Assembly: GCF_035999125.1 (NCBI RefSeq)
Contig: NZ_DASYGX010000005.1
Location: 46,159-110,158, forward strand
Reading direction: 5' to 3'
DNA: 64,000 nucleotides
Source: Brevundimonas sp.
GTDB lineage: Bacteria; Pseudomonadota; Alphaproteobacteria; Caulobacterales; Caulobacteraceae
The notes beneath the pieces were generated by a model. It searched no databases. It had not been told where the DNA came from and worked only from the letters and a program-made list of their open reading frames with translations. The first letter of the stretch is position 1. Each line of letters begins with the position of its first letter. A program made the position numbers and the translations under genes. Positions 60,952-64,000 of this stretch are shown here, in pieces.

Positions 60952-61863
60952 ATGACGCCGTCCCTCGACGACCTGGCCCTGCTCTCCGCCGTCGCCCGAC
61001 ATCGGGGCTTCCGCAAGGCGGCGGCCGAGGCCGGCTTGTCGCCGTCCGGCCTGTCGGAGCGCATCCGGGCGCTGGAGGATGCGCTGGCCGTCCGCCTGCT
61101 CAACCGCACGACCCGCAGCGTCAGCCCGACCGAGGCGGGCGAGGCCCTTCTGGCCCGCATCGCGCCGGCGCTGGCCGACATCGAGGGCGCGGTCGCCGCC
61201 GTGGGTCTGGCCGCCGACGCGCCGGTGGGCCGCCTGCGCATCAACGCGCCCGACGCCGCCGAGATCGCGCTTGGCCCGCTGCTCGGCCCGTTCATGGCGG
61301 CCCATCCGGGCGTGTCGATGGAGGTCGTCTTCGACAACGCCTTCACCGAGGTGGTCGCTGACGGCTTCGACGCGGGCGTCCGCTACGGCGAGGCTCTGGC
61401 CAAGGACATGATCGCCGTGCCGCTCGGCGGGCCCGAACGCTTCGTCCTAGTCGCCGCGCCGTCGCTGATCGACCGCGTGGGCCTGCCCTCTCATCCGGAC
61501 CCGCTGCGGACCCTGCCCGCCATCCGCCTGCGCCTGCCGGGCGGCCTGATCGCCTGGGAGTTCGAGAAGGCCGGAGAGGTCATCCGCTTCCAGCCGCAGG
61601 GGCGTTTGACCGTCACCTCGGCGGACCTCGGCCTGCACGCCGCGCGCGACGGCCTGGGCTTCTTCGCCACCTTCGAGGCCTGGGCGCGCGACGATCTCGC
61701 CGCCGGTCGGCTGGTCGCGGTGCTGGACGACTGGCAGCCGCCGTTCGACGGCCCCTTCCTCTACTACCCCTCGCGGCGTCATCCCCCGCCCGCGCTCAAG
61801 GCCTTCGTCGATTTCCTCCGGGCCCGGAGGAGGGAACCCGCCGGCTCCGGCGACGCTTCCTGA
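60952..61863 (+). CDS. LysR family transcriptional regulator
   Basis: The N-terminal wHTH LDDLALLSAVARHRGFRKAAAEAGLSPSGLSERIRALEDALAVRLLNRTTRSV, then a substrate-binding domain. Divergent from the AKR gene. The ORF-track start at 60928 is an alternative. Confidence 0.88.
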   Translation: MTPSLDDLALLSAVARHRGFRKAAAEAGLSPSGLSERIRALEDALAVRLLNRTTRSVSPTEAGEALLARIAPALADIEGAVAAVGLAADAPVGRLRINAPDAAEIALGPLLGPFMAAHPGVSMEVVFDNAFTEVVADGFDAGVRYGEALAKDMIAVPLGGPERFVLVAAPSLIDRVGLPSHPDPLRTLPAIRLRLPGGLIAWEFEKAGEVIRFQPQGRLTVTSADLGLHAARDGLGFFATFEAWARDDLAAGRLVAVLDDWQPPFDGPFLYYPSRRHPPPALKAFVDFLRARRREPAGSGDAS

Positions 61864-61880
61864 GGCGAAGGAGCGATCCC

Positions 61881-62216
61881 ATGACCGACGCCAGACCCGA
61901 CAGCCTTGAGGCGCGCGAAGCCGAGGACATGGGCGAGCGCCCCGACCTCGGCCGCGCCTCGGACGCCCTCGCCGACGCCCTGACGGGCAGCGACATGGGG
62001 TCGGACACGCGGGCCGGCTCGCTGCGCGGAGGTTCGGCGTCCGGCTCGGACGTCGATCCGGACCAGGATGAGGTCAACCGCAGCCTGGCCGAGCAGGGCC
62101 GCTCCGGACCCGACGCCCAGCCGAAGCGGGCAGACGCCGATCCGGTGAAGAACACGGGCTCCGACGGCGCGGACGCCACCAATGGGCCGCGCGGCGCCGA
62201 CGCCGCGACCGGTTGA
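61881..62216 (+). CDS. Hypothetical acidic low-complexity protein
   Basis: 111 aa, rich in Asp/Gly/Ser/Ala. AAGGAG Shine-Dalgarno 8 nt upstream. High GC3. No fold-like pattern. Confidence 0.5.
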   Translation: MTDARPDSLEAREAEDMGERPDLGRASDALADALTGSDMGSDTRAGSLRGGSASGSDVDPDQDEVNRSLAEQGRSGPDAQPKRADADPVKNTGSDGADATNGPRGADAATG

Positions 62217-62307
62217 CGCGGCAGACGACCGCCGCACCGGCGCCTTGCTGGCGCCGCGAGTCTGGGCCAACGTGACGCTTCGGTTGAATGGGAAAGTGAC
62301 CTTGAGA

Positions 62308-62787
62308 ATGAAGGGGATGTGGCTCGCCTTCTTGGTGACGGCCGGGCTGACCCTGGGCGCCTGCTCCCAGCCGGCGGAGGACGCGGCGGCCGAGACGGCG
62401 GCAGCGACGGAGTCACCGGCCGTTGAGGTCGGAGCGCCCGCCCCGACCGGACGACCGGCCGCGGCGAAAGCCCCGGCTTATGCCGTGCTGCCTGAGGACG
62501 GTCGGCCGGACGGCCCCGCCACCGTCGCCGACGGACCCGATGGGCCTGGCGGCATGGTCATCTATGAGACGGCCTTGTCGCCCGACGCCGTCGTCGACTT
62601 CCATCGCGGCCACGCGGAAGCCGCCGGTTTGTCGACCGTCATGACGATGACCCAAGGCGAGGCGCGCGCTTACGGCGCGGCGGCGCAGGACGCTTCCGGC
62701 GCCGGCATGCAGGTGATCGCCTCGCCCGTCGCCGGCGAAGACGGTCCCGAAACCTCCGTGCAGCTGTCTTGGACCGCCGGCGGCTGA
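62308..62787 (+). CDS. Putative lipoprotein
   Basis: MKGMWLAFLVTAGLTLGAC lipobox, an Ala/Pro-rich linker, and a small C-terminal domain. The ORF-track start at 62182 would overlap the preceding gene. Confidence 0.55.
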   Translation: MKGMWLAFLVTAGLTLGACSQPAEDAAAETAAATESPAVEVGAPAPTGRPAAAKAPAYAVLPEDGRPDGPATVADGPDGPGGMVIYETALSPDAVVDFHRGHAEAAGLSTVMTMTQGEARAYGAAAQDASGAGMQVIASPVAGEDGPETSVQLSWTAGG

Positions 62788-63390
62788 TCCTGACGGGCGC
62801 GGCGGGCCTGGCGTCCGCCTGCGCCTCGCCGCCGCCCGGGCCTCTGATCGCGCCCGCGCCCGACGATCGCCTGCTGTTCGCCCAGGCGCATCTGGAAGTC
62901 CGGCCGGAACTGGCGGCCCAGCATTTCGACTGCGCGATCGGAGCCCGTCTGACGGTCCGGCGCCTGCCGGCGCTCACGAAGGTGCTGCAGGCGCTCGCCG
63001 ATGAAGTCGCCGTCCGCGTGCCACGCGACGTCGGCCCCGCCCCGGCCGGCGTCTGCGTCCGCCTGCTGCCCGGCGAGGGGGCTCAACGGGGCCCGTCCCG
63101 CCGCGCCGCCCTGGTCGAGGCGTATGCCCAGGCCCTGCGCCGCCTCGCGCCCGACCGTTCGCAGGCCGTCTCCGCTCGGGCCGGGGACGTGGCCAGCGCG
63201 GAGGCGCTGTGCGGCCTGGCGGATCAGGCGGCGGTCGATCAGGGGCGAACCGTCGGCCGAGAGGCGTTCGACGTCCTGTTCCACACGCGCCCGGCGTTCC
63301 GCGACCTGGTGGATCAGGCCGCCGTCGAAGTGGCCGAGGCGCGCAAGGACTCGATAGAAAGCCCCGGCTGCGCCGCCGAGCGACGGACGC

Positions 63391-63416
<26 letters not shown>
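62769..63416 (+). CDS. Hypothetical protein with a Tat/lipoprotein-like N-terminus
   Basis: TTG start. (M)DRRRLILTGAAGLASAC. High GC3 throughout. The competing 330-aa minus-strand ORF is Arg/Pro/Ser junk. Weak call. Confidence 0.4.

Positions 63417-64000
<584 letters not shown>

Overview
High-GC (about 65-68% by eye) chromosomal segment of an alphaproteobacterium. Gene content and synteny look Caulobacterales/Brevundimonas-like, but that assignment is inference. Most of the window is densely packed core genome: rimP-nusA, metK-trmB, senC/regB/regA, lpd, rsfS-rlmH-envC-like-ctpA-yibQ-like-rppH, the F1 ATP synthase operon, etfBA, phaR, putA, phnCDE, and an ornithine decarboxylase plus deoxyhypusine-synthase-like pair. 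There is one tRNA-Gly. I saw no rRNA, CRISPR array, transposase or integrase. The most unusual locus is the F1 ATP synthase operon (28.7-36.3 kb). A vapBC toxin-antitoxin pair with its own promoter-like element sits between atpG and atpD. A translationally coupled signal-peptide ORF sits between atpD and atpC. Three more small exported or lipoprotein ORFs follow a short (89 aa) atpC. Other items worth a second look:
- a TonB-dependent receptor split by a frameshift, next to a beta-propeller phytase
- a PAS histidine kinase with Gln at the canonical phospho-His position
- a translationally coupled amidohydrolase pair in which one member lacks the HxH metal motif
- a 175-bp low-GC element with perfect 13-bp terminal inverted repeats
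- a 22-codon hydrophobic micro-ORF followed by a perfect 23-bp inverted repeat
- a Pho-box-like site upstream of phnCDE
Many long ORFs in the six-frame track are antisense or out-of-frame artefacts of the high GC content and were rejected. All family assignments come from reading motifs in the translations by eye; no database search was run.
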